This document shows positions 36,767 through 49,744 of a DNA stretch of 64,000 bases, piece by piece. This DNA is from Pelomyxa schiedti (taxonomy: Eukaryota; Protista; Evosea): assembly GCA_020536535.1 (NCBI GenBank), contig JAHLWZ010000866.1, forward strand, positions 4,005 to 68,004, given 5' to 3'. A program made the translations under genes and the position numbers. How positions within the stretch are numbered: position 1 is the first letter of the stretch; each line of letters starts with the position of its first letter. The notes under the pieces were generated by a model, which was given only the letters and a program-made list of their open reading frames with translations, was not told the DNA's origin and did not search any database.

Positions 36767-37984
36767 TCACAGGTTTTTGAGCCATGAACATAGCAGAGAG
36801 AAAGTGATAGAGTTGGGTCCAGGAATCAGCAACTGTTGCACAGCTGTTTTTGTGGTTTTGGCTGCTGTTCCCCACAGTACCTCCAAATCATTGGCAACTG
36901 ATTCTGCAGAAACCCATTTGGCAGATACAAGTTCCTTCGGATTGAACTCGACAGACTCAGGCTGGGGAGAAACGGCCGTAACGAGGAATCCCACAATCAA
37001 TTGAGACCCAAATGGCGGTGCCAGAGGCATAGATGCACAATAGGTAAACGTGGAGTCGTCCAGAGCAACACCTGTCTCTTCTTTTACTTCTCTCGCTGCT
37101 CCTTCTTCTAGTGTCTCACCAGGTTCCAAGTATCCAGTTACACATGCATGTACTCCTGTATAAATGTGAGTGGCGAAGCAAAAAAGACAGCTAACCTGCT
37201 TGGTTGTTGCAGACAAGGAGGCATCTCTTCTTATCGGGATGTAAGACGAGGGCTGCTACAATTGGGTCTGTTCGGAGCCAGTGCTGGGCGCAGCAGGTCA
37301 GGTTCTGGCATACCCGGTTTGGAGTGGATGCACTTGAAGTACCGCAACAAGAACCGCACCTGTTGCAGTGCAAGTATGTATAATGAAAGTGAATCAGGTT
37401 TTTTGCCTTTAACTGTTAGTCCTCTAGACAGGAAATTCTTCTTTGGAGAAGTGACTCACAAAAGATATAAACGACGCCTCGGCAGTGTTCATCTTCCCGG
37501 TAACCCTCAGCCAGTTCCCGCCGTTACAAAAGAACGCCGAGTCAGCCATGCCGCACTCCCTAGACTTCACAAAGCCAACCAATGGCTGCGTGACACTGCT
37601 ATTGACCACCACTCCAAGCAACTCAGACCTGCTACTGCACGCCACAGGGATTCTCTTCACGCTCGCCACCCTGCCCAAGACCACTTCCAGCACCCTGCCT
37701 CCGCTGCCTAGATATCCCCTCCTTGTCAAGTCGGCGGCCTCCCACACAAACGTGGTTGCAGAACTCCACCCGTTACGAACGACTACCAGCGGCCACATTT
37801 GCTCATCGAACAACACACAGTACTGCTTTGTTGCTGTTGCAGTTGCAGTTGCAGGTGCTGCTGCTGGAATAACTGTCGAATCAGTGGGTGGCATATCTTG
37901 GTCACATTCATCGCCGCAAGCGACGTGACTCCGCGGGGGGGTGCTTGGCACTCGGTCAACGGACAAGCACAGGCGCGTAACCAT
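36767..37984 (-). CDS. NudC/NUDT12-13-like NAD(H) pyrophosphatase (Nudix); start may be 37894
   Basis: Nudix box GYLEPGETLEEGAAREVKEETGV. Zn-ribbon-like CNRCG...RVCQNLTC and HWLRTDPIV (YPRTDP-like). SQLIVGF (SLMIGF-like). Confidence 0.8.
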
Positions 37985-38039
37985 CAAAAACAACAAACGA
38001 CGAAATCAAAGGAAAAGTGAAACGAGAACGTTCATCAGC

Positions 38040-39284
38040 CAGCAAACACCGGCACCAAAGTTGGCGCTGGGCGTGGCCGAAGTGGAGGAGATTGCGCGCA
38101 AGCTCCGGGACCCAGCGGACGTGGAGTCGTGCTCCCGGGTGTGCGCGACGTGGCGGGCCGCCACTGCGTCGCCTCGGGCGTGGATGGGTGCCCTCGGCGG
38201 CGCTCTGGGGTTGTCTGAGAATTGGCTGTCGCTCAGGCAAGAGGTGTCTTGGATTTCCGATTTCCCTCTGGCGTCCTCTCGCGCGCACGCGGATGTTGTT
38301 CCGTTTGACGCACCGAGTTTCGAAAAAGGGGCCTTTTGCTTATTCGCGTAAAAAGAATGCCAGGGACGTTTGCTTGGACTGGCTGAGGCTCACGAGGGCT
38401 GAGAGGGAATGCTGCCTCTTGGGTCAGTCTTGGATGCCTTGGATTGAGCCCCAAAGCAAGGCACTACTCAAGTGCATAGTTCTGGGAGAACCTGGCGTTG
38501 GAAAGACATCCCTGGCGCAGTCACTTTTTCAGAGGCACCGTGGGTATTAAATTCATTTCCCAAGGGGCATTTTCTACCACTCGGTCATTCTTCCAAAGAT
38601 CGTTACCACGACGTGCACATGGCGCTATTGGAGCTGATTTTTCTGTTTTTGAAATGAACTGGGGTTCTATTCAAGGTATTTGGAATACCTTGGCCTGTGG
38701 CTGATAAATATTCAGTTTGGGATACTGCAGGTCAGGAGAGATTTCAATCACTTGGTACGTGCCACACGTATTAAGCAACTGTCTAAATCCACTTTCCGTA
38801 AGGAGGGACCTTCTACAGGCAAGTTTTTCTGGAACAATCCCGCACTAAAAGTTCCAAGGGGAACTGATTGCGTGATGCTTTGCTACTCCGTCAATGATCG
38901 GACATCACTTGAGAAGTAGGTATTGCGTTCTTTGTTAAACTAACCTCACAAAAAGACTGCCTTTGTGGAAGCAGAGCTATCACGATGCTGTACCTGGCGT
39001 GTCACGTGCCGTTTTTGGTGTTGTGGGTTGCAAAAGTGACTTGCAGTATAATTGCAAATCCCCGGTTTCCATTAAAGCTGCCAGGTATAAAGTTTTGTGA
39101 TCGACGGTGCCAACGAACTCATAGGGCAACAACCAAATCCATAGGAGCGAGATATTGTGGCGAAACAAGTGCACTTGATTGGGTCAACATTAAAGGCCCA
39201 TTCTGCTATTTAGCACTGCTTGCTTCCCAGGCTAATAGCTTTCCTATGCCTACTGGATCCAGAGCGAAGTTGTCTTGTTACTGA
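38040..39284 (+). CDS. F-box-like - Rab7-like small GTPase fusion; start codon not found
   Basis: EEIARKLRDPADVESCSRVCATWRAATASPRAW (F-box-like); KCIVLGEPGVGKTSL; IGADF; VWDTAGQERFQSLG; FYRGTDCVMLCY; VGCKSDL; ETSA. Confidence 0.72.
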
Positions 39285-39364
39285 CTGTAATTCTAAACAC
39301 TTGTACTTTACAAACTTTTCACCAAATGGAACGGTCCTTATTGGAGCACAAAAATTTTTGTCTT

Positions 39365-40375
<1,011 letters not shown>

Positions 40376-40532
40376 TTAGCGCATCAATTTCTCCGAACTA
40401 CACCACGTGGTAGGGGCCTACAGTGCCACCTGTAGGACTGTGAGTGCCTGTGTGCATCCATGATTGAACGATTTGTTTTCAAAAGCTTGAATCTCGTATC
40501 TACAAGAAAATTATCGCGTCGGTCTCTTGTTG

Positions 40533-42349
40533 TTACATGATCCAGACGTGCGTCCACAGTGAACTATCCTCGTCAGCATCCAGATCGGCATCAGTGAGGC
40601 CCAGCCTCTTCGTTGATGCTTTGATGTGCAGGTGTGAGGCAATAACAAAGTCCCACAAGTGCTGCTTGACAAACGAAAGTGTCATCTCAGGGTACACACG
40701 AAGGAGCATCTTCCACGTGCCAACCAAGGAAGTTGATGAATCTATTCCGTGCACGTCAAGCATGGTTTCAAACTTTTGTTGTGTGATGAGTATGTTTTGA
40801 AGGGTAGTTTTTGTCATTGTGGGTACCTCTTTAAGAGTCACATGGAACCTTCTGATCAACCACTCTGAACAGCTGGTCTTGTTGTACTCGATTAACCTAT
40901 GTAGCAAACGGTTGTCATTCCTCTTGACTTGATTTTCGTTCAAGTGGAACTGCTGAATGAACCACTTCACAACTTTTCCTGAATTGACATCATTGTGTGA
41001 CAAACCCTGAGCCACGTTTTCAGAAGAGAATCTGACCAGAGACACGATCTGTTTTGCTTGTGAAACACTGCCACGTGAGGCAATTGCATTGACGACGTCA
41101 GTCTTGTCTTTTTCGGAGAGAATTGAAACATCAAATATATTCAGCAGAATCAGCAAAGCCCCTGGTGCTTTCTGTTGAATGAAATGATGAATAGCATCAA
41201 CCACGCTTTTTTCACTGATATTCGTGACTGTGCAATTCGAAAGGAGCCATTGAATTCCCCCCGTTGCCTCACTCATTAGGAGGTGAACATCGGAGAAAAT
41301 TTCATCAGTTAATCTTGGAACTGAATTGACGTGATCCATGACATGGAACTTCTTTTCCAACCACTCTGCAACTGATGTGTTGCTCTGGCGAAGACACATG
41401 ATAAGGCATCGTGTTATTGCCTCTGCTTTCAGTGGTGCCCTCATTTTTGAGAGCAGCGACTCGAGCACCAACACACTGTCTTTTTTGTTCCTGCATGCAG
41501 AAATGAGTGTGTGAGGTTCAACTGGACCAATGCTGTCACTGAAGTTGGTGATAAACCACTCTGTGAGTTCTTGGTCAGCAATCTCAATGCATGCACAATC
41601 CAAGTCCTCCTGTGTTGGTTTCAGGGAAAAGCTGTTGATCAGCCACTTGGAACCCTTGGCATTTTTGGAGTCAAAAATCGACCTGAGGCCGGGGTGGTGT
41701 GTCTCTGAAAATTGTTCTTTGATCCACTGACAGCTTTCTTCAACCTGGAATTCACCTGGGCAGCACTCAATGAGCTGCTCAAGCATTATTTGCCCGTGTT
41801 CAGGGGGTTCACTCCCACGGAACAACTCAGTGCAAAACTTCACAACTTCCAAGCTTTGACTGGCAACGAAATGAGCAAGATAACACCCCTTGACACAGTT
41901 GGCGAGTATTTCACTGCAAGCCGGAACAGCACAAGTGTATGAACTCAGCCACTTGACCACATCAAGGTGGCCCCACCTCACAGCAGCACGGAACGGCATT
42001 GGGAACTCCCAGGGCTCAGTCCCCAGACCCCGAAACGCTGACATCACCCACTTGACAACATCCAGGTTTCCTCCTTTGCAGGCATCATACAACAGGTTGT
42101 ATGGTTGGCTTTTGATGCAACGCATCTCTCTCAAGTCATCGATCACGTCGCGGTCACCTGCAGGCCATCTCAGGAGTTCGCAGCCACACCACGGCGTGTC
42201 TCCGCCCTCGACCAGCTCCTTGGCCATGTCGAGGTGTCCCCCTGTTCTCGTGAGCGTTTTGAAGGAATTAAATCCAAGACGTTACGAATTATGGGTTGTT
42301 ATCAGACCGCGAAGGTGTGCATTCAATTTACGCAGTAAATGCATATACG

Positions 42350-42406
<57 letters not shown>

Positions 42407-42863
42407 CCAAGCACAGGCCCCTGAGCACAGCGATGCATTCCTTCTTGTTGTTCCTCGTGTGCTTGTTCCTCAGAATCCAATCGATGCATCTCTTGCTCCC
42501 TGCTGCCCCCGCACACATGAGCCCAAAATACCGCGACGTGTTCGGGGTCCCATAATCCCAGTCTCCCTCCTCCAGTTCGCGAACCTTCACATCGGCACCG
42601 CCTCCCGTGAGCAGCCGGCAGGCCCTCGGCACCAGGGGGAACAGGGCGTCGGCGAGGCCCATGAGCCAATTGCACTGGTCCCTCATCAGTGGCACCCCGC
42701 GATTGTGGGACGGAGACACGATCGCGGGTTCGACGAAGTTTTCCCACACGACTCGCGACACCGTCATCACCCACCGGGCGTCATTGTCCCGTTCCTGACC
42801 TCCAAGCCCACACATGTTGTTATTACGGAATGTTGCGTACAGTGGCTGCAGCCTCGCCATCAT
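40533..42863 (-). CDS. Ankyrin-like repeat protein, copy 2 (paralog of 4492-6781)
   Basis: ORFs 42282-42932 and 40533-42227 align end to end with copy 1, with the same two intron positions (~42242-42406 and 40773-40826). Confidence 0.78.
42350..42406. repeat. Compound (AT)n(AC)n microsatellite in intron 1 of copy 2
   Basis: Directly visible; absent from the otherwise identical intron of copy 1. Confidence 0.95.
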
Positions 42864-43164
42864 GTTGGGGGTTTTTTTCTTGGAAAACCTCTGTTGTGGT
42901 GTTGTGGTTGGCTGGTTGAAACAAGGAACCACTTAGTTAAGACAAATCCAAAGTGTCCGCACATTCCCCAATTTGGATGGCTCGGGGAGATTTGATTGGT
43001 GCTATCCTCGTTACTCCAGTCAATTCGTCTAGTCGAATCCAATTTCTGTCTCGAAAATTAAGCGGTTGCCCGGGCAATTGTGTCTAGTAAGCAATAATTA
43101 TCCAAATCAAAAAAAAAACATAAAACAAAAAAAACAAGCCTACAACACCGCGGATCTGCGACTA

Positions 43165-43688
43165 ATGCCGTATCGCCTTGTTATTTCCATCTCAGAGATC
43201 GAGGAGTTAGGTACGTGTCACAGTGTGGAAGGCCTGAGGCGAAACGCCGTGACTGGCTCCGTCGAGCGCATCGACAGGAACATCCTCCTGTGCGCCGAAG
43301 GCTGTCTTCTTCCCCGCATCGGGCAAAGTATTGGGGTGGTCGACGCGTTCACCAACACGATCACGGAGTAAGTTTATCTTTCCAATTGTATTCTGATCTC
43401 GTTTGCGTGCGCAAATTTCTTACTTGGCATTTGCTAGATCTGAGAGCAACACCACTTTTGACGTTCTGGTTGTTGAGAAGTATGACGTTCTTCCAAGGGG
43501 GTATACTTTCCCGGGAGTCACCGAGTTGGTAATGAGGCCCTCGAAGTGATGTTAGTATTGCATTCCTTTGATTAGTAATTTTTGTAGTATCCATCTCCCG
43601 TTTTCTCCCTCAACTAAGTGACAAAAATGACAGGGTACCAGCTCCACTGACTTGGGACTGTCTAAAACTACTACTCAAAAATAAATAG
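43165..43688 (+). CDS. Small hypothetical protein (~130 aa, 3 predicted exons)
   Basis: ATG at 43165, GTAAGT donor at 43368, acceptor at 43437, and a third exon after TTTGTAG (~43587) give an open frame. No recognisable family. Confidence 0.4.
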
Positions 43689-44039
43689 ATTTTTGCCTGA
43701 GTGAAGAAGTTTTGTTTGTTTACAACCCGGGAAAAAATCTCCGGCAGTCCTTGCTCTCAGAGGCCGCTGGTCCATGTGTTCTATCCAGTGTTAACCTTAT
43801 GATCACTATTATACAGCAGTTATTGTTGTAATTGGAATTCCAGGAATACCCAATCCTCCTGCTGGCAGGCTCAGTTTCGTTAAGAACCTAACTAACACAC
43901 TCACAAAAAAATTCATTTTTTTGGATTTCCTTGTTATTGCTCCAATAAAAAAATGGGAAGGTATTACCTGTTTGTCAGCTAATCCATGATTTCATTGTGC
44001 ACCTTGTCAAGAAGTTCTCGCGTGAGACAAGACAGATAG

Positions 44040-47000
44040 TGGGGAGAGTTGTACAGTAACTAGAAAGTTCCGGAAACAAGTCCGCGACTAGTCAAAGTTA
44101 GTTTGGAGAAAACAACATAATCAGGGATGCCTGGAGAAGATAAGAGTCCGCCAATGGATACTCCCAGAACTACTCAATCGTCTAGTGCTGCTGTGAATGG
44201 TGGTTCAGCACCGGCAATAGTTTATATGGCCACGGCAAAGGTTCTATCTCATGATATCATTTCTGATGGTGAAGCTTGGAAAGCTAGAAGGAAGATGTTG
44301 GGATTGCCAGAAGTGGTCCAACCTGGAGTGAAGGAGAAGATGGACAATAGTATGGTGAAGGGAATCTCATATCGCCAAGTGTTGGTGGAAAGCGGTATTA
44401 GCGCACAGACGGGCATCAGGTTGGTCGGAAGTTACCACGATCGCTCATATTGTGATTGCCCTATCTGGGGATGCAGCGTTATACTTAGGACCGCAGATCA
44501 TGCAATTGAGTTCTTTGAAAGATGTTAAATGTGAATTCATGCAGAACTATTTGCTTGAAGAAGAAAAGCTGTCCAGATAAAGGCTTTTGAATATGATTCA
44601 AGGTGCAAATGAAAGTATCGAAGGTTATACGCGCCGAATGAGGTATACTTATGAACAAGTCTATGGCTCAGTTTATGATGTCAATACAATGCGAAACCTT
44701 ATTGAAACCATGATCAGTCGTTTGCTACCAGAATTGAGAGCAAAATCAATGCTCTACCTGACTTTAGTGACTGGTCCGAGGTGGTCAGTATGTTGAAAAA
44801 GATAGAAGTTACTACAAGCAAGAATCCCGTTGTTGGACCAATTGCTGGGGAAGAGCCTAAAGATATGCAACAAATGATCCAAACAGCAGTCAAAGTATCC
44901 CCTTAGGCTTGTCTTGATCCATATTAGAACTGGAAGCAGCAACACTCGAATCACTTGGAGTTGTAGTATTGGAAGTCGGAGCAGTAGAGGATTTGTCATC
45001 TTTCTTCCTAGTACATGACATTCCTTGGTCACAATTGAAACAGGGTCCATAACAGCTTCTCTTCTTGCCAGCCAAAAAAGGTTTGGCCGCGGGCAAAGGC
45101 TCCGTGCCTCCGACCGACAGCTGAAGACAAGAGTATTGAATACAAAGCCAAATTCGACTGATATACTCAGTATAGATTGATCTCCTCGCCTTTGTAACTC
45201 CCCTCCTTTGTATCACCTTTCATCTTCCTCTTACACTTCTTCCGATACGCACTCCACATTTGAAGTAGCGTTCTCCGTTTTCCCCATATAGGATCTACTT
45301 TGGCAGTCAAATCAATTTTGGATTTGGAACTAGGAACGGAATACCCGATACATTTCAATTCCTCATATCCATCCACTTGGCAATTCTTATTGCACTTACC
45401 GGGTCTGACACCAATGAAGTGTGCTGATGTGAAATATCCATTCAGTGTATACAGTGTTTCAGTCTGTCAGAATTAAAGCTCGATGTTATACTGTAATCAA
45501 GGCCAAAGTGCGAGATATATCTCCTGGTGATGAAGTATGCATAGAGCAACAAAAAGGACATAAAGCTGTGATGTGTGCAACTGTGTTAGCCAAGATTGAT
45601 GACAAAGGTGAAGTTCCCTTGTTGATCACAAATCCTAGAAGACAACAATGTCGACTCAACATAAATGCGCTAAATCTTGTAGATCCAATTCCTACCTATA
45701 CAATTGAGTCAATAGGACTTGCTTGAATCCAGAGAGGCGAAACCTAATCCAGTTGATATTTCGATCAAGAAGAGAACTCAGGGTGATGAAAAAACTCTTC
45801 GAAGGAAAGAACTAATTCAGAAGTTCCCTTGATTCATTTGGACCCGAAAAGTCAAAATCGAGTGAAGCAACTTCTGGAGGAGTATTTGGATATTATCAGT
45901 GATGGTGATATCGATACTGGAGATACTGCTCCGATTGCATTACCGATGTATCGTAAAGTGCTGGAGATAAACAGAATTATAGAGGAGGAAGTCAAGAAAG
46001 GTCTAGCCTCAGGAGTAATAGAACCTTCTGTAGGGCAGCACCAGTCGTGCTTGTGGAGAAACCTATCGATTTTGTGGATTACAAAAGACTGAATGCTGTA
46101 ACCAAGAAGATGGTGTATCAAATGCCAAGATTTGATGACATGCTGGATGTGCTAGGTGGCAATAATTGGTTCACCGGACTCGATTTGAAAGCTGGCTATT
46201 GGCAAGTCGAAATCAGCTTTTCGTAGAAGATCGATATTGTACCAATTTGCTGTATTGAGTTTTGGTTTAGTCAATGCACCTGCCACTTTTCAGGAATTAA
46301 TGGATCTGATTCTAGCGGGATTGACTGTTTGGTGTATATCGATGATGTAATCATATTCTCGCGAGGAGCCCTAGTTGAACACCTATCTTGGGTAAGGAAA
46401 GTATTTGATTGCTTGAAAAGAAACTGCAAGAACAAGTCTGTGTAGTTGAAATATCAAATCAAGAAATTGGTGTGGAGCAAAAGAAGGATCCAGAACTGAA
46501 GATACTTTCTGAAGTAGTCAAAGGCAATTATTCTGTGTTGAAAGATGCCTGAAGATGAACACTTCAAATATATGGTTCAGAAAGATCTCTTTGTCCTTGA
46601 CCACGAACAAGCAAAGTTATCAACCAAAAAGTGTACTAGCTACTGAACCAAATGAGTATGTAGCTATTGACTTATGGGACCATTTCCAGAAACCAAGTCC
46701 GGAAACACTTGTTGACTTGTATACAAGCTGAAAACTTTGCGTAATAAAGAAGCTTCTACATTGGTAAGATGTATTTAGAAACACTGGATTGTTCCACAAG
46801 GAGGATTGAAATACCTGGTTTGTGATAGAGATCCCGCCTTTGTGAACGATGTAAATACCGAGATGTGTCGAAGCTGGGGTATACATCGGAATACTGTAAC
46901 AGCTTATCATCTCATCCACAGTCCAATGGAGCTGCTGAGAATGAAGAAAGCAAGTGATAACTTAGACCATACAGAATTGTTGACAAGCCTACTGAGTTGT

Positions 47001-47330
47001 ATAGAACATTGACAGGACTACCTGAAGGAATACACCCAGTAATCCATATCGATAGACCCAAGCCATATCTGGATAGTGAGCTTAGAGTTAAAGCGGCTGA
47101 AGAAGAGCAAAGCTACGAGATACCACAAGAACCAGTGATGAAACAAGAGAGAATTACATACATCAGCAAAGGTGATAGATGGAGTTTTAAAGTTCAGAGT
47201 CAAATGGGAAGGATTGTCTATCAAAAATTCAACTTGGATGACAAAGGAAGAAGTCGATGCTAAGGTAATGGAAGTATATGAGAAGAAAGAGGTATACAAG
47301 AAGGCAAAACAAGCCTGGTGGGTAACGGCC
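44040..47330 (+). mobile_element. Decayed Ty3/Gypsy LTR retrotransposon (chromovirus-like): gag remnant, RT, integrase, chromodomain; multiple frameshifts and deletions
   Basis: RT remnants DYKRLNAVT, MPRFDDMLDVL, WFTGLDLKAGYWQV, FGLVNAPATFQ and LVYIDDVIIFS (45940-46430). Integrase EPNEYVAID, LVCDRDPAF and TAYH (46620-46930), plus HPVIHIDR. Chromodomain KFRVKWEGLSIKNSTW (~47180-47240). No introns; RT-IN order is Gypsy type. Confidence 0.9.
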
Positions 47331-48386
47331 TAAACACACAACCATAATGAAGAGCATGCCCAACACAAAACCGACCTAATAAAGTTGTTTGGCACAGCCA
47401 TCAAGGCTGCCAACATAATAGAGTTAGTACATACAGTAAGAGCGGTAATTACGTCCAATCAATCAATTGCTATTGGGCAATTTGTTCAACAATAAGATGT
47501 CGATCCACCTGTAGTTGATGCCTGGACAATCTCAGTAATAGCCAACAAGTCCATTGAAATGGAACTACCTGGATATAACCTAAAGCACGTTGTTGGCAAT
47601 GTCGGGAATCTTCAATTTGGGGAAGGTCATGAATGTGTTATAGTACAGAAGGCGGAAGTTACCGGTAGCACTGGTGCGGGTAATAAAAAGGAATTAGGGC
47701 GGAAATGGAGAAACTTACACACAAAGTTAGTAAAGACTCAGGGGTAATGGGATGCACCAGAATTCTCTGTACAAAGTTAGTTTCATATCTGAGGAGAAAA
47801 GAGCAGATGCTAGACACAGTTCAAAGGAGAATATCCAGTGCATGAACGGTTTTGCTGACTCCTTGGGCACGGAGTACTCTTGCAAAATGTATTCTGGGGA
47901 TGTACATCGGTCATGCACTAAATTGGAAAAGACTGCACACCCTTGCACAACTGCTGAAATGGTGCGAGTTCGATGTTATACCGTAATAGCACAACCTTTC
48001 ACGCACTCAAGGATGAAGGACATAATGAGAGTGCACAGCACAAGTATAATGTCCAACAACACAACTACAAACACAAACACCCGCACTAGAAGCGGCAAAC
48101 CGGGAACACCCCCAAACAGTATTTTTGCAATCTGCCCAACACCACAGGTGACGGTAGAAGCGAAGGAAACAAACCACAAATTGGCCAAACTGGACTGTGT
48201 GCCCCAATACAGGGCTCCCACCTGCCAAACTGGGGCCAGTTTGACTTAAGTGTGTGCACCATCACTCGTGAGGATACACCGCTCACAATGTATCTTATCG
48301 CAATCACGTGCTTAACAACAAACCGAGCCTTTTTTTGAAGTATCTCGGCGCAACCGTGGCGATCGCTGGCCTAGATAATTTCGGAG

Positions 48387-48580
48387 ATGTCGGCGACAGG
48401 TACGTCTTGGGAGAGTGGCCCTGAGTCTCTTGTTGGGTCCCTGAACGAGGTTGTGAGACTGTGGAACGAATTGAACGGCCACGCGGGGGCGGCCAACGGC
48501 GCGTCGGCGTATTGCGCCACCCACGAGAACTCCGCTGGTACCCTTTGTGCTCACTCTTTCTCGATGTCTATGGAATTATG

Positions 48581-48616
<36 letters not shown>

Positions 48617-49513
48617 CCTTCTCGAACACAACAACGACATCAAGAGGCGCAGACTGCACTAAAGAAGGCTTTTCACGACACTGTGATGGCTGCTTTTCAG
48701 GAGAGAAAGTGTGTCTCCCAATCGAGATTGAGAAAGGAAGAAACCCACCAACTGTGACACAAGAGCCATAGAGCACAGTTTAGAAATGTTGAGGCAAGCC
48801 CAAGCGAAGCAAACTGGAGACCCTAGTGCCTCCAGCACCAGCTCAAGCGTACCTCCAAAGCCCAAACCTGCTAAACGTGGTCCAATAAGAAAGAAGTCCA
48901 AAGGTGAAATGTATGTACAAATGAATTCCCTCTCGGTATCGGCTCTAAATTGTGATATAGAGACCCCTCACGGTTGATTCCGCCTGATCAACAAGTGGCA
49001 GCTTATGACCAATCTGACAGGGCTTGGATCCTCTGCTCTGTGAAGAGATGGATACCTTCAAAACACCAGTCAGTCAATTACATCTTCGAATTTTTTTATC
49101 CCCTTTCCTTCTTATGTGCTTGGTCAGGTATGAAGTACTGGACGCCGATTTTGATAAGCATGATCCGGACTCCAAACCGAAGACACTTCTGGTTGACCCT
49201 GATGATGTCATTGAGCTTCCTGAAGCATCACCTGACTATGTAGACTTCCCAATACACACGGAGGTGTTTGCTGTGTTCCCAGCAACAACTACTTTTTACA
49301 GAGCCATAGTACACGACACCCCTCTACGAGTCAAGGTAATCCTCAATTGAATAGATAGCTAAATTAAGAGCACCGCAACTAATGACTTTCAAGAAAAACA
49401 GCCGAAAACTCTGGCACTATTCACTCACGTTTGAAAATGACAATGATGAAGGCCACACTCCGCAACGTGAAGTTCACGTGAAATATGTTATACTCCCACC
49501 CAAAAACCGCTGA
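48387..49513 (+). CDS. SGF29: SAGA-associated factor 29 (tandem Tudor); spliced
   Basis: QVAA...WILCSV...YEVLDAD; VFAVFPATTTFYRAIVH; YSLTFENDN...REVHVKYVI. Confidence 0.88.
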
Positions 49514-49744
49514 TTCCAACAACACTCCGTTCCCACAATGGGCTCGCCAGGACCACTCTCCAATCACCCTTTCCCCCCGACCACTGGGGCAGCACTTCCC
49601 TGCCTCTCCCTCTTTCCTTTGACAACTTTCACTTGATATGCCCAAGAAGCAAGCAATTGTACGCAACACGAAAGATCAAAAAAAATAAAACTGAGAAAAT
49701 TTCTTCCTTCGTTAACAAAGAAAGGCAAAATAAACAATAAGGAG

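Noticed and set aside
40417-40436. Helitron-like terminal hairpin (cctacag-tgccac-ctgtagg) near ankyrin-like copy 2
   Set aside because: No CTRR end at the expected distance and no equivalent next to copy 1.
43700-48300. Paired LTRs, PBS and TSD for the Gypsy element
   Set aside because: I could not find matching direct repeats by eye. A purine tract followed by TGTA at ~44040-44058 is suggestive but unpaired.
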